Shown here: positions 18,266 through 18,560 of the stretch, piece by piece
Position numbering within the stretch: the stretch's first letter is position 1
Layout of the letters: each line of letters starts with the position of its first letter
Program-made: the position numbers and the translations under genes
Assembly: GCA_050246815.1 (NCBI GenBank)
Contig: JBFWVI010000027.1
Location: 1 to 18,560 of the forward strand
DNA: 18,560 bases
Direction: 5' to 3'
From: Bdellovibrionales bacterium
Lineage (GTDB): Bacteria > Bdellovibrionota > Bdellovibrionia > Bdellovibrionales > UBA1609
The notes under the pieces: model-generated
The model's database searches: none
The model's input: only the letters and a program-made list of their open reading frames with translations
Told to the model about the DNA's origin: nothing

Positions 18266-18560
18266 TTATTTTAAGGTGCGCACTAAACGAATTCCGACGT
18301 CGTTATGGCGGTCATTGGCGCGCACAAGCTTATGTTGATGGGCCAATAGCGCATCGCTTGCGGTTTTCCAGCTGTTCGCTGCTAAGGCCATGAACGAACT
18401 CCCCAACAAAGACGACTCCCATCTGGCACATCATGCGTTCACTTTCGGCGACGGTGGGCAGGCGATAGCCTTCCGTTTGATAGATATCCCCGGACGGGTG
18501 GTTGACCAACGGGTACTCTTCGTCAGGGTTTTCGACTATCAGCGTGCCATCTGCAGGCGA
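18266..18560 (-). pseudogene. 3' end of an FGE-sulfatase/SUMF1-domain gene, frameshifted with apparent internal deletion (partial at window edge)
   Basis: Frame from 18560 reads ...GDIYQTEGYRLPTVAESE...EQLENRKRCAIGPST* (stop 18332-18330). A second frame reads SWKTASDA...RHNDVGIRLVRTLK* (stop 18268-18266), matching the GGSW...GFRLVR terminus. Confidence 0.65.

Noticed and set aside
18266..18375. Diversity-generating retroelement target at the FGE-domain C-terminus
   Set aside because: FGE-type domains can be DGR targets, but no template repeat or reverse transcriptase is in this window; sequence beyond the edge is needed.

Overview
Gene-dense bacterial chromosomal segment, mostly core genes. 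Gene content and order (orphan tadA/cpaF, eno, ftsB, csp, XRE-HTH, polA, orphan fliL, FHA-sigma54 activator, engB, kdsB, pyrG, kdsD) suggest a Bdellovibrionota-like predatory bacterium; this is inference, not checked against a database. No rRNA, tRNA, CRISPR array or intact transposase is visible. Strongest leads: (i) a histidine-kinase-fold protein that keeps a candidate H-box His but has lost its ATP-binding motifs, behind a possible sigma54 promoter; (ii) an orphan TadA ATPase in an operon with a Cys-free cupredoxin-like secreted protein and a small acidic protein; (iii) a 380-bp spacer between eno and ftsB with + strand hairpins facing a tiny hydrophobic ORF; (iv) an AT-rich HAD gene between degenerate inverted repeats; (v) an FGE/SUMF1-domain gene with an apparent internal deletion and frameshift; (vi) candidate FliA-type and leaderless promoters. 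All are hypotheses from reading the sequence; none shows a new system by itself.
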